Source: an uncultured Pseudomonadota bacterium (GTDB lineage: Bacteria > Pseudomonadota > Alphaproteobacteria > JACZXZ01). From it: a stretch of DNA of 64,000 nucleotides. The notes beneath the pieces are model-generated. The model saw only the letters and a list, made by a program, of their open reading frames with translations, did no database searches and had not been told where the DNA came from. Made by a program: the position numbers and the translations under genes. Positions 28,379 to 37,948 of the stretch are shown in pieces (the first letter of the stretch is position 1; each line of letters opens with the position of its first letter). The stretch spans positions 576,001 through 640,000 of the forward strand of contig CAVVLJ010000020.1 in NCBI GenBank assembly GCA_963749075.1. The letters run 5' to 3'.

Positions 28379-29542
28379 ATGGCCATGACGAGACTTCTGA
28401 GCACGATGGCAGCGCTCGGCGCCGCGGCGCTGCTCGCGGCAGGGAGCGCCGCGGGTGCCGCCGAGCCGATCAAGCTCGGCTCCTTCCTCGCCGTGAGCGG
28501 GCCGGCGGCCTTCCTGGGCGATCCCGAGAAGAAGACCCTCGAGCTCTTCGTCGAGCGCATCAACGCCGCGGGCGGCGTGCTCGGCCGGCCGCTCCAGCTC
28601 ACCGTCTATGACACGGGCGGCGACGCCAAGCAGGCGGCGACCTTCGCGCGCCGGCTCATCGACGAGGACAAGGTCGACTTCATCATCGGCGGCAGCACCA
28701 CGGGCGACACCATGGCCGCCGACCCGCTCGTCGAGCGCGCCGAGATTCCCTTCATCTCGCTGGGCGGCGCCTCGGTGATCGTCGATCCGGTCAAGAAGTG
28801 GCTGTTCAAGACGCCGCACACCGACCGCCTGGCGGTCGAGAAGGTCTATGCCGACATGAAGAAGCGCGGCCTCTCCAAGGTCGGCGTCATCGGCGGCGAC
28901 GGCGGCTTCGACAAGTCCTGCATGGCGAACGCCGCCGACAAGAAGCTGCTCGATCCCGCCGGCGTCAGCGTGGTGGCGAGCGAGACCTACAGCTCGGGCG
29001 ACAAGGACATGACGCCGCAGCTCACCAAGCTCAAGTCGGCACCCGGCATCCAGGCCATCCTCTTCTGCGGTTTCGGGGCCGCCTCGGTGATCGTCACCAA
29101 GAACTACCACCAGCTCGGCATCACGGTGCCGCTCTACCACAACCACGGCTCGGCCTCGAAGCAGTTCATCGCCGGCGCCGGCGAGGCGGCAGAGGGCGTG
29201 CGGCTCCCGGCGGCGGCCGTGCTGGTCGCGGCCGCGCTCCCCGCGAGCGACCCGCAGAAGAAGATCGGGCTCGCCTACACCAAGATCTACGAGGAGCGCT
29301 ACCACGAGCCGATCTCCACCTTCGGCGGCCACGCCTACGACGCGCTCATGCTGCTGGTGAACGCGATTCAGCGCGTGGGCTCGACCGATCGCGCCAAGGT
29401 GCGCGACGCGCTCGAGACCACCAAGGGCTTCGTCGGCGTCGACGGCATGTTCAACCTGTCGCCGACCGACCACGACGGCCTCGACATCTCCTCCTTCAAG
29501 ATGGTCGAGGTGAGGGACGGCAACTGGAAGTATCTCTATTAG
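28379..29542 (+). CDS. Liv-type ABC substrate-binding protein (possibly for aromatic acids)
   Basis: Signal peptide, IKLG...SGPAAFLG, INAAGGVLGRPL, FGGHAYDA; GGGAGG RBS. Confidence 0.9.
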   Translation: MAMTRLLSTMAALGAAALLAAGSAAGAAEPIKLGSFLAVSGPAAFLGDPEKKTLELFVERINAAGGVLGRPLQLTVYDTGGDAKQAATFARRLIDEDKVDFIIGGSTTGDTMAADPLVERAEIPFISLGGASVIVDPVKKWLFKTPHTDRLAVEKVYADMKKRGLSKVGVIGGDGGFDKSCMANAADKKLLDPAGVSVVASETYSSGDKDMTPQLTKLKSAPGIQAILFCGFGAASVIVTKNYHQLGITVPLYHNHGSASKQFIAGAGEAAEGVRLPAAAVLVAAALPASDPQKKIGLAYTKIYEERYHEPISTFGGHAYDALMLLVNAIQRVGSTDRAKVRDALETTKGFVGVDGMFNLSPTDHDGLDISSFKMVEVRDGNWKYLY

Positions 29543-29554
29543 AGGCGGCGCGGG

Positions 29555-29695
29555 TCCCTCACCCTCCCGTGGCCTTGCGGCTATGGGCCCCGCCCTCTCC
29601 CGCAAGCGGGAGAGGGATTGAGCGGCGGCGCCTATCCCCTCTCCCGTTTACGGGAGAGGGAGGGACCCATTGCGACGCAATGGGAGGGTGAGGGA
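29555..29695. repeat. Palindromic element family A variant between SBP and permease genes
   Basis: TCCCTCACCCTCCC...GGGAGGGTGAGGGA outer arms with inner hairpins CCCTCTCCCGCAAGCGGGAGAGGG and CCCTCTCCCGTTTACGGGAGAGGG. Confidence 0.88.
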
Positions 29696-29700
29696 AAGCC

Positions 29701-30573
29701 GTGGCCGAGTTTCTCCAGTTCCTCTTCTCGGGCATCACCGTCGGTGCCATCTATGCCCTCGTCGGGCTCGGTTTCTCGATCATCTACAACGCGAGCCAGG
29801 TGATCAATTTCGCCCAGGGCGAGTTCGTCATGATCGGCGGGCTCGCGACCGCCGTGCTGGCGGAGGGCGGCATGCCGGTGCCGCTGGCGGCGGCTCTCGC
29901 CATAGGCTTTGCCGTGCTCGCGGGTCTCGCCTTGGAGAAGCTCGCGGTCGAGCGCGCGGGCGAGGCACCCGTGGTGGCGCTCATCATCATCACGGTGGGC
30001 GCCTCCATCTTCCTCCGCGGCCTGGCGCAGGTGGTGTTCGGGCGCAACTATCATTCGCTCGCCGCCTTCTCAGGCGAGACGCCCATCCGGTTCGGCGGTG
30101 CCGCCATCGTGCCGCAGACGCTCTGGGTGCTCGGCAGTGCTGCACTCCTCGTCGCCGCACTCTGGTGGTTCTTCAACCGCACGCGGCTCGGCAAGGCTTT
30201 CCTCGCCACCTCCTGCGATCCGCTGGCGGCCCAGCTCGTCGGCATCGGCACGCGGGGGGTGCTGCTGCTCTCCTTCGCCCTCTCGGCGGCGCTGGGGGCG
30301 GTCGCCGGCGTCCTCATCACGCCCATCTCGCTCACCTCCTACGACGCGGGCGTGATGCTCGGCTTGAAGGGCTTCAGCGCCGCCGTGCTCGGCGGGCTCG
30401 GCAGCAGCATGGGGGCCGTCGCGGGCGGCCTCCTCTTGGGCCTCCTCGAGGCGTTCGGCGCCGGCTATCTCTCCTCCGCCTACAAGGACGCCATCGCCTT
30501 CGTCATCATCCTCCTGGTGCTCTTCTTCATGCCCCAGGGCCTCTTCGGCCAAAAGAGGAGCGAGCGACTGTGA
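29701..30573 (+). CDS. livH: Branched-chain amino acid type ABC permease
   Basis: GAIYALVGLGFSIIY, NFAQGEF, LKGFSAAVLGGLG. Confidence 0.9.
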   Translation: MAEFLQFLFSGITVGAIYALVGLGFSIIYNASQVINFAQGEFVMIGGLATAVLAEGGMPVPLAAALAIGFAVLAGLALEKLAVERAGEAPVVALIIITVGASIFLRGLAQVVFGRNYHSLAAFSGETPIRFGGAAIVPQTLWVLGSAALLVAALWWFFNRTRLGKAFLATSCDPLAAQLVGIGTRGVLLLSFALSAALGAVAGVLITPISLTSYDAGVMLGLKGFSAAVLGGLGSSMGAVAGGLLLGLLEAFGAGYLSSAYKDAIAFVIILLVLFFMPQGLFGQKRSERL

Positions 30574-31562
30574 GGGGGCCGGGGCCGCGCATGCCGGGGC
30601 TCTACCGCGGCAGCACCAGGCGCACCTCGCCGCGGCTCCAGCACTACCGCGGCCTCCTCATGCTGGCGCTCGTGCTGGCCCTGCTGCCCTGGCTCCTGCC
30701 CAACGACTTCTTCCTCAATGTGGCGATCCTCATCGGGATCAATGCCATCGTCGCGGTCGGGCTCAACCTGCTCATGGGCTACGCCGGGCAGATCAGCCTC
30801 GGACATGCCGGCTTCTTCGGCCTCGGCGCCTATGCCTCGGCGATCCTCACGGCACGCTACGGCTGGCCGCCGGCCGTCGCCGTGCTGGCGGGTGCCGCCG
30901 TCGTGGGCCTGCTCGCCTTCGCCGTGGCGCGCCCGCTCCTCCGCCTGCGCGGCCACTATCTCGCCATGGCGACGCTCGGTCTCGGCGTCATCATCTCGCT
31001 CGTGCTGGTGCACGAGAGCGAGCTCACCGGCGGGCCCGACGGCATGACGGTGCCGCCATTGAGCTTCCGCGGCCGCGAGTACGCGAGCGAGTGGAGCTGC
31101 TACTGGATCGTGGCCGGCGCCCTCTTCCTCGCGGTCGCGGCGGCGCTCAACCTTGTGCAATCGCCGCTCGGCCGGGCGCTCCGCGCGCTCCACGGCTCGG
31201 AGGCGGCGGCCGAGATGGTGGCGATCGACACGGTGCGCTACAAGACGCGCGCCTTCGTGATCTCGGCGCTCTTCGCAAGCATCGCCGGCAGCCTCTTCGC
31301 CCATTCGAGCGGTTTCTTGACACCGTCCGAGGCGAGCTTCCTCCGCTCGATCGAGTTCGTCACCATGGTCGTGCTCGGCGGCATGGCGTCCACCTACGGC
31401 GCCGTGGTGGGGGCGGCCGTCGTCACGGTGCTGCCCCAGGCGCTGGCACTCTTCCACGACTACGAGCAGCTGGCACTCGGCCTCGTGCTCATGCTCACCA
31501 TGGTGTTCATGCCGAAGGGCCTGGTGCCGAGCCTCGCCGCGCGCTTGGGGAGGCGGCCGTGA
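30570..31562 (+). CDS. livM: Branched-chain amino acid type ABC permease
   Basis: GLNLLMGYAGQISLGHAGFFGLGAY, YLAMATLG; GTG start overlaps the livH stop. Confidence 0.9.
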   Translation: MRGPGPRMPGLYRGSTRRTSPRLQHYRGLLMLALVLALLPWLLPNDFFLNVAILIGINAIVAVGLNLLMGYAGQISLGHAGFFGLGAYASAILTARYGWPPAVAVLAGAAVVGLLAFAVARPLLRLRGHYLAMATLGLGVIISLVLVHESELTGGPDGMTVPPLSFRGREYASEWSCYWIVAGALFLAVAAALNLVQSPLGRALRALHGSEAAAEMVAIDTVRYKTRAFVISALFASIAGSLFAHSSGFLTPSEASFLRSIEFVTMVVLGGMASTYGAVVGAAVVTVLPQALALFHDYEQLALGLVLMLTMVFMPKGLVPSLAARLGRRP

Positions 31563-32395
31563 GCCTCCTCGAGGTGGAGCGGCTATCTCGCGAGTTCGGC
31601 GGCATCCTCGCCGTCGACGATTTGAGCTTCGCCGTCGAGGAGGGCAGCGTCTTCTCGCTGATCGGCCCCAACGGGGCGGGCAAGACGACGCTCTTCAATC
31701 TGGTGACCGGCTTCGAGCGGCCGACGCGCGGCCGCATCCGCTTTGCCGGCCGCGACGTGACGGGCCTCGCACCTTCTCAGCTCGCAGCCCTCGGCATGTC
31801 GCGCACCTTCCAGAACCTGCGGATCTTCTTCAACATGACGGCGCTCGAGAATGTCATGGCCGGCCGCCACCGCCACCTCGACGGCCGCGTGCTCCCCGCC
31901 CTCTTCCGCCTGCCATGGATCGCGCGCGGCGAGCGGCGGGCGGCGGGCGAGGCCGCAGCGCTTCTCGAGCTCGTCGGCCTCGCGGAAGAGGGCTCCCTCC
32001 AGGCGGGCGAGCTCTCCTACGGTGCCTTGAAGCGCCTCGAGATCGCCCGCGCCCTCGCGACCGGGCCCAGGCTTCTCCTCCTCGACGAGCCCGCGGCCGG
32101 CCTCAATGCGCGCGAGACGCAGGAGATCGACGCCCTCATCGCCAGGCTGGCCAAGGGCGGCATCACCGTGCTCCTCGTCGAGCACGACATGAAGCTGGTC
32201 ATGGGCGTCTCCGACCGCATCCTCGTGCTCGACTACGGCCGCAAGCTCGCCTGTGGCACGGCGTTCGACGTACGCAACGACCCGGAGGTGATCGCAGCAT
32301 ATCTCGGCCATGCCGGGAGCGCTCTCGCCCAGCCGTCGTCGGGACGCAAGAAGCCCGCCGGTCCCCCGCCCATCGACGTGTCGGGAGAGCCCTGA
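31559..32395 (+). CDS. livG: ABC ATP-binding protein
   Basis: GPNGAGKT, SRTFQN, LSYG..KRLEIARAL, LLDEPAAG. Confidence 0.9.
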   Translation: MSLLEVERLSREFGGILAVDDLSFAVEEGSVFSLIGPNGAGKTTLFNLVTGFERPTRGRIRFAGRDVTGLAPSQLAALGMSRTFQNLRIFFNMTALENVMAGRHRHLDGRVLPALFRLPWIARGERRAAGEAAALLELVGLAEEGSLQAGELSYGALKRLEIARALATGPRLLLLDEPAAGLNARETQEIDALIARLAKGGITVLLVEHDMKLVMGVSDRILVLDYGRKLACGTAFDVRNDPEVIAAYLGHAGSALAQPSSGRKKPAGPPPIDVSGEP

Positions 32396-33099
32396 TGCTG
32401 CTCAAGATCGACGGGCTCTCGAGCCACTACGGCCGCATCCAGGCGCTCCGCGGCATAGCGCTCGAGGTCTTGGAGGGCGAGCTCGTGGCCCTCGTCGGCG
32501 CCAACGGCGCGGGCAAGACGACGTTGCTCCGCACCATCTCCGGCGTGCGGCCGGCGAGTGCCGGCACCATCCGCTTCGACGGCGAGGACATCACGCGCGG
32601 CTCGCCGGCGCGCCGCGTGCGCCTCGGCATCGCCCAGGTGCCCGAGGGCCGCCACGTCTTCGGCCCGCTCTCGGTCGAGGACAATCTCGCCCTCGGCGGC
32701 TACACCCGGCCGCGCCGCGAGGCCGCGAAGACGCTGCAAGAGGTCTACGAGCGCTTCCCGGCACTCGCCGAGCGCCGCCGCCAGCCGGCCGGCACGCTCT
32801 CGGGCGGGCAGCAGCAGATGCTGGCGATCGGCCGGGCGCTCATGGCCAAGCCCCGCCTCCTCCTCCTCGACGAGCCGAGCATGGGGCTCGCCCCCATGCT
32901 CGTCGAGGACATCTTCCGCACCGTGCAGCAGTTGAAGGAGCTCGGCACCACGGTGCTCCTCGTCGAGCAGAACGCCTATGCGGCCCTTGCCATCGCCGAG
33001 CGCGGCTACGTCATGGAGACCGGCCGCATCGTCCTCGCCGACAGCGGCCGGGCGCTCCTCGAGAACGAGCAGGTCAAGGCGGCCTATCTCGGGCTGTGA
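32395..33099 (+). CDS. livF: ABC ATP-binding protein
   Basis: GANGAGKT, VPEGR, LSGGQQQMLAIGRAL, AYLG end. Confidence 0.92.
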   Translation: MLLKIDGLSSHYGRIQALRGIALEVLEGELVALVGANGAGKTTLLRTISGVRPASAGTIRFDGEDITRGSPARRVRLGIAQVPEGRHVFGPLSVEDNLALGGYTRPRREAAKTLQEVYERFPALAERRRQPAGTLSGGQQQMLAIGRALMAKPRLLLLDEPSMGLAPMLVEDIFRTVQQLKELGTTVLLVEQNAYAALAIAERGYVMETGRIVLADSGRALLENEQVKAAYLGL

Positions 33100-33138
33100 C
33101 CGCCCGCTCACCGCGCGCGCCGACTGGAGATGGCAAGG

Positions 33139-33246
33139 AATCCCTCTCCCGTAAACGGGAGTGGGATTTATCGCGACCGGCGGCGGCGCGGCGATGTGTG
33201 CATCAATTCGCGCCTTCGCGGGGACAAGCTTCGCGGGAAAGACGAC
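33139..33246. repeat. Family A hairpin plus a degenerate REP-like remnant; possible terminator
   Basis: AATCCCTCTCCCGTAAACGGGAGTGGGATT hairpin (same core as at 29637); then tandem CTTCGCGGG units ending GGGAAAGAC. Confidence 0.6.
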
Positions 33247-33303
33247 GAGGCACGCGTCCACACGATCGGGTCATGCTCCGACGGCATGGAACGTTCCGCC
33301 CGC

Positions 33304-33340
33304 TTGACATCAAAACATCAACATGTCTATGCTTTGATGC
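33304..33340 (+). promoter_or_regulatory. Promoter/operator of vapBC
   Basis: TTGACA -35; inverted repeat CATCAAA...TTTGATG directly before the ATG. Confidence 0.55.
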
Positions 33341-33589
33341 ATGAGAACGACCCTCACCATCGACGATGACGTGGCCGCCGTGCTCTTGCGCCTGCGCAAG
33401 AGCCGCGAGGCGAGCATGAAGACCCTCATCAACGAGGCGCTGCGGCGCGGCCTCAAGGATATGGGCGCGCGCACCAAGCGGCGCGGGCCGGTGCGCACAC
33501 GCTCGGTCTCGCTCGGACGGCTGCGCATGGCCGGTATCGACAACATCGCCGAGGCGCTCGCCATTGCGGAGGGCGAGGCCTTCAAGTGA
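33341..33589 (+). CDS. vapB: VapB-type antitoxin (RHH)
   Basis: MRTTLTIDDDV, LINEALRRGL; overlaps a PIN toxin gene. Confidence 0.88.
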   Translation: MRTTLTIDDDVAAVLLRLRKSREASMKTLINEALRRGLKDMGARTKRRGPVRTRSVSLGRLRMAGIDNIAEALAIAEGEAFK

Positions 33590-34017
33590 TCCTGCTCGAC
33601 GCCAATATCCTCATCTATGCCCATGTCAGCTCCTTTGCGCGCCACCACGCCGCCCGCAACTGGCTCGACCGTCAACTGAACGGCCCCGCTTCCGTCGGGC
33701 TGCCATGGCCAAGTCTCCTTGCATTTCTGCGCCTGGTGACGAATCCGCGGGTGTTCGAGCATCCCGAGCCGATGGCCGAGGCATGGCGCCAAGTGCTTCT
33801 ATGGCTCGCGTGCGAGACGGCGTGGGTGCCGCAGCCGACGGAGCGTCATGCGGAGCTGCTTGGCGAGTTCCTCGGCCTTGCGGGCGTACTTGGCAATCTC
33901 GTGCCGGACGCGCATCTCGCCGCTTTGGCGGTCGAGCACGGGCTTACGCTATGCTCCACGGACGGCGACTTCGCGCGCTTCCCCGGCTTGCGCTGGGTCA
34001 ACCCCCTCGCGGCGTGA
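33586..34017 (+). CDS. vapC: VapC PIN-domain toxin
   Basis: LLDANILIYA, NLVPDAHLAALAVEHG, STDGDFARF. Confidence 0.92.
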   Translation: MILLDANILIYAHVSSFARHHAARNWLDRQLNGPASVGLPWPSLLAFLRLVTNPRVFEHPEPMAEAWRQVLLWLACETAWVPQPTERHAELLGEFLGLAGVLGNLVPDAHLAALAVEHGLTLCSTDGDFARFPGLRWVNPLAA

Positions 34018-34026
34018 GGCGCATCC

Positions 34027-36082
34027 TTACGGCGCGCCGTCCTCCTCGATCCGCGGCAGCGTCATGTCCGGCTCGTGGGCGAGCAGCACCCAGCCGCTCC
34101 AGCCCCAGCGGTCGACGGCCATCGCGCGCTGCACGGTGCGCCCGGGCAGCAGCGCCGCCTCGAGCTCGGCGCGCGGCGCGTTCTCGTCGCGCACGGCGCG
34201 GCCGAAGGTGAGGAAGCTGCCGACGTGGTAGAGGCGCTGCTCGACAACGGTGCCGAGCCACAGGCGGGAGGAGCGTCCGTCGCCGGTGTCGAGCTCGACC
34301 GGCGCCCGCCAGAGCCGCAGGATGAGGCGCTTCGCCGGCCCTTTCTCGGGCCGGATGAGGATGAGCCGCGCCGGCCGCCCGTCGTGGAGCTGTGTGAGGA
34401 CGGGGAGATCGGAGAGCTCGGCGCCCGGCTCGAGCCAGGCGAGCGCCGAGCCGAGCGTCCAGGGCGGCGGCTCGCTCCAGCCGCGTGCCGCGAGCGCCGT
34501 CTCGAGCGCCGGCAGCGTGCCCGCCCATTGCAGCGTGATCGGCTCCTCGAGGCCGCCCGCGAGATCGATGCGCCGGGCCGGCTCGTCGGCCCAGCCGTCC
34601 CGCCACCATTCCGCCGCCGCCATGTGACTGATGACGGGCCTCAGCGCGTAGCGGTGGAGATCGCCGCGGAAGTGCCCGCTCGCGTGATAGACGCCCGCCG
34701 TGGCGAGGACGAGGGCGGCGAGGCCGAGGAGCCCGCCGGCGCCGACCTTCTGCGGCCGGTGATTGAGGTAGACGATGCCGAGCCCCGCCACCCAGGCGAG
34801 GGCAAAGGCGAAGCCGACCGCCGCGTCCGAGGTCCAGCGCACGCCCAAATAGACGCGCGAGAAGGCGATGAGGAAGACCAGCACGCTCATGAGGATGGCG
34901 AGCGCCAGAACGTCCGCGCGCCGCGAGCTCGCGTCCGGCGAGCACGGCAAGGAGGCCGTAGACCGTCCCGCACACCGCCGTATGGCCAAGAGTGAAGGCG
35001 AGGCGGCTCGCCTCCTCGAGCGGCATCGGGCGCGGCAGGCCGAGGAGGACGGCGAGCCCTGATGCGAAGAGGCCAGCGACGGCGATGCCGCCCAGCCAAT
35101 AGGCGGCTGCCCGCCGTCCGCCTCGCGCGGCGAGCCAGAGCGCTGCGGCAAGCGCCACCGCACCCGTGACCAGCGGGTCGCCGAGCTCCTTCAGCACGAC
35201 CAAGGCGCGGTCCGCCCAGGCGCTGTGCACGCCCTGGAGGAAGTTGAGCACCGCCTGGTCCATGCGCAGGACGGGCTCGCCCGCACCCGTGTCGTCGAGA
35301 ACGGCGAGGAGGCCAGTGATGCCGCCGCCGAGGAGGAGGACGAGGAGCGCCAGGCCCTTCACCTCGTCATGGCTCGGATCGAGGAGCGAGAGGACCTCGC
35401 GGCTCGCCCAGTTGTCGTGATGCCGCGCCCAAAGCCAGAGCCTCGAAGCACCGCCCGCGAGGAGCGGCAGTCCCTTGCCCACGGCGAGGCGCACCAACAG
35501 CACGATGAGCCAGAGCACCACCGCGAGGACGACGATCATCACCAGGAGCCGGCCGCCGACGGCGCCCGCCACCGCGAGCGAGGCGCCCACGATCACCGCG
35601 GGCACGATGTGCGCGATGGCCCAGGCGAAAGCCGAGACGATGTTGACCACGTAGAAGCGCCAGGGCTCCATGCGCAGGATGCCGGCGACGAGGGGGACGA
35701 TGGCGCGGATCGCCGGCGTGAAGCGGGCGATGAGGATGCTCTTGCCGCCGTGCTTGTCGAAGGCCGCCTGCCCGAGTGCGATGAGCTGGGGATATTTCTT
35801 GAGCGGCCACATCTCCGCGATCTCGCGGTGGTAGCGCTGGCCGAGCCAGAAGGAGAAGCCGTCGCCGACGATGGCGCCCAGGATGGCGGAGCCGAGGAGC
35901 CACCAGATGTCGATGGCGCCGCTCGGCACCAAGGCCGCGATGGTCACGATGATGGTGGTGCCGGGAATGAAGGAGCCGAGCACGGGCAGCGATTCGGAGA
36001 AGGACAGCACGAGGACGAGCCCGTAGGCGAGATGCTGGTTGCTGCCGACCGCCTCGACGATCTTGTGGAGGATGTCGCCCAT
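34027..36082 (-). CDS. DedA/VTT + PAP2-like + LssY C-terminal membrane protein, +1 frameshift near 34909
   Basis: DedA motifs ESLPVLGSFIPG and ARFTPAIR; SRVYLGVRWTSD PAP2-like motif; EPITLQWAG; two frames joined by removing one base. Confidence 0.85.
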
Positions 36083-36083
36083 C

Positions 36084-36290
36084 TTAGGCCGGGTCCGTCT
36101 CCTTCGCCTTCGCGACGGCCGCGCGCAGCAGCTCGATGTCGCCGATGTGATTGGCGAGGAGCAGGACCAGCTTGGCGTCGAGCTTGAGGCTCTCCTCGGC
36201 GCTCAAGCCCGCATGGGCCGCGATCAGGAGGGCGTAGAGCTCGTCGGGTGCCGCGAGGTTGAGCGTGTCCTTGAGCGGCACGGCGCTCAC
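36084..36290 (-). CDS. DUF2783 domain protein
   Basis: NLAAPDELYALLIAAHAGLS...LVLLLANHIGD. Confidence 0.85.
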   Translation of the reverse strand: MSAVPLKDTLNLAAPDELYALLIAAHAGLSAEESLKLDAKLVLLLANHIGDIELLRAAVAKAKETDPA

Positions 36291-37948
36291 TCCCCGGCCT
36301 CGGCCAGCGCTGCCCGGCTGGCAAGGCCGCAGGCGCGCGCCAGTGCCTCCGCGAGCGCGCGCCCGTCGATCTTGCGCCAGCGCGCCGCCACGTGCTGGTC
36401 CGGCCGCAGGAGATAGGCGGTGCCGGGCCGCGCATCGTAGCGGCGGAAGGCCGTGCCCTCGCCGTCGACGAGTGCCTGATTCGCGCCGCCCGCCGAGGCG
36501 ACGGCGACCAGTCGCACGGGCGGCAAGCCGCGTGGCAAGGCAGCACGCGCCGCCGCGGCCTGGCCGCCATCGTCGAAGGCGAGGAGCGTGAAGCCGCCGG
36601 CGAGCGCGTCTAAGAGCCAGGCCTTGCCGCCATCGCAAAGGAGCGGCGCATCGGGGGCGGCGGCGCCCGGCGCCAGCGCACCGGCGAAGCCGTCGCGGTC
36701 GGGGGTGTTGAGGGGCGAGCCGGCAAGGACGGCGGGTGTCGAGAGCCGGCCGCTGTTGACGAAGGCGCGCGCCATGGGCGCCTTGCCGGCGAGCTCGAGC
36801 ACGGCGTCGCGGAAGGCCACGGCCGCGGCACCCTTGGCCGACATGAAGTCGGTGGTGCGCGCGGCGATCGCCACGTTGTCGCGCGCCGCCGGCACGCGCT
36901 CGTCGTCGTAACTGTCGAGAAGGGCGTCCGGCGCTTGGCCGGAGAGGACCAGGGCGAGCTTCCAGGCGAGGTTGTCGGCGTCCTGGACGCCGCTGTTGCC
37001 GCCGCGGGCGCCGAAGGGCGACACCTGGTGCGCCGCGTCGCCTGCGAAGAGGACGCGGCCATGGCGGAAGCGCTCGAGCATGCGGCACTGGAAGCGATAG
37101 ACGCTCACCCATTCGAGCTCGAAGGGGCGCGTGGGACCGAGCATGGCGGCGAGCCGCGGCACCACGCGCTCGGGCATGCGCTCCGCCTCGGGATCGGCCT
37201 CGGGACCGAGCTGCAGGTCGATGCGCCAGATGTCGTCCGCCTGGCGGTGGAGCAGGGCCGAAGGCCCGGCGTGGAAGGGCGGGGCGAACCAGAACCAGCG
37301 CTCGGTCGGGAAATCGGCCTTCATCTTGACGTCGGCGATGAGGAAGCGGTCCTCGAAGCTGCGGCCCTCGAACTCGAGGCCGAGGAGGCGGCGGAGCGTG
37401 CTCTTGGCGCCGTCCGCCGCGATGACGTACTCGGCCGCAAGCGCGTAGGGGCCGTCCGGGGTCTCGACCTCGAGCGTGACGCCGCCGCGTTCCTCGCGCA
37501 CGCCCGCGACGCGGTGCTTCCAGCGGATATCCATGGCGGCGAGCGCCTCGGCGCGCGCGACGAGCGCCTCCTCGACGTAATATTGCTGGAGGTTGATGAA
37601 GGCGGGGAACTTGTGGCCGGGCTCGGGCAAGAGGTCGAAGCTATAGAGGAGGCGCTCGCGGTGGAAGACCTTGCCGCGGCTCCAGGTGATGCCCTTCGCC
37701 ATCATGGGGGCCGCAGCGCCCAGGCGGTCGAAGATCTCGAGGGTGCGCTTGGCCCAGCAGATGGCGCGGCTGCCTGTGCTCACCGTGTCGTCCTCGCCGA
37801 GCACCACGGTCTCGACGCCGCGCACGGCGAGATCGATGGCCGCCGCGAGCCCGACCGGGCCGGCCCCCACCACCGCCACCTGGTGGCGCCGTCCCGGGCG
37901 CTCGCGGACCGGGCGATAGGCGAAGGCGGGATAGCGGTAGCTGGTCAT
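36287..37948 (-). CDS. FAD-dependent monooxygenase (MhpA/PheA-like)
   Basis: GAGPVG, ADGAKS, AGDAAHQVSPFGARGGNSG, LLRPDQHV. Confidence 0.9.
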   Translation of the reverse strand: MTSYRYPAFAYRPVRERPGRRHQVAVVGAGPVGLAAAIDLAVRGVETVVLGEDDTVSTGSRAICWAKRTLEIFDRLGAAAPMMAKGITWSRGKVFHRERLLYSFDLLPEPGHKFPAFINLQQYYVEEALVARAEALAAMDIRWKHRVAGVREERGGVTLEVETPDGPYALAAEYVIAADGAKSTLRRLLGLEFEGRSFEDRFLIADVKMKADFPTERWFWFAPPFHAGPSALLHRQADDIWRIDLQLGPEADPEAERMPERVVPRLAAMLGPTRPFELEWVSVYRFQCRMLERFRHGRVLFAGDAAHQVSPFGARGGNSGVQDADNLAWKLALVLSGQAPDALLDSYDDERVPAARDNVAIAARTTDFMSAKGAAAVAFRDAVLELAGKAPMARAFVNSGRLSTPAVLAGSPLNTPDRDGFAGALAPGAAAPDAPLLCDGGKAWLLDALAGGFTLLAFDDGGQAAAARAALPRGLPPVRLVAVASAGGANQALVDGEGTAFRRYDARPGTAYLLRPDQHVAARWRKIDGRALAEALARACGLASRAALAEAGE

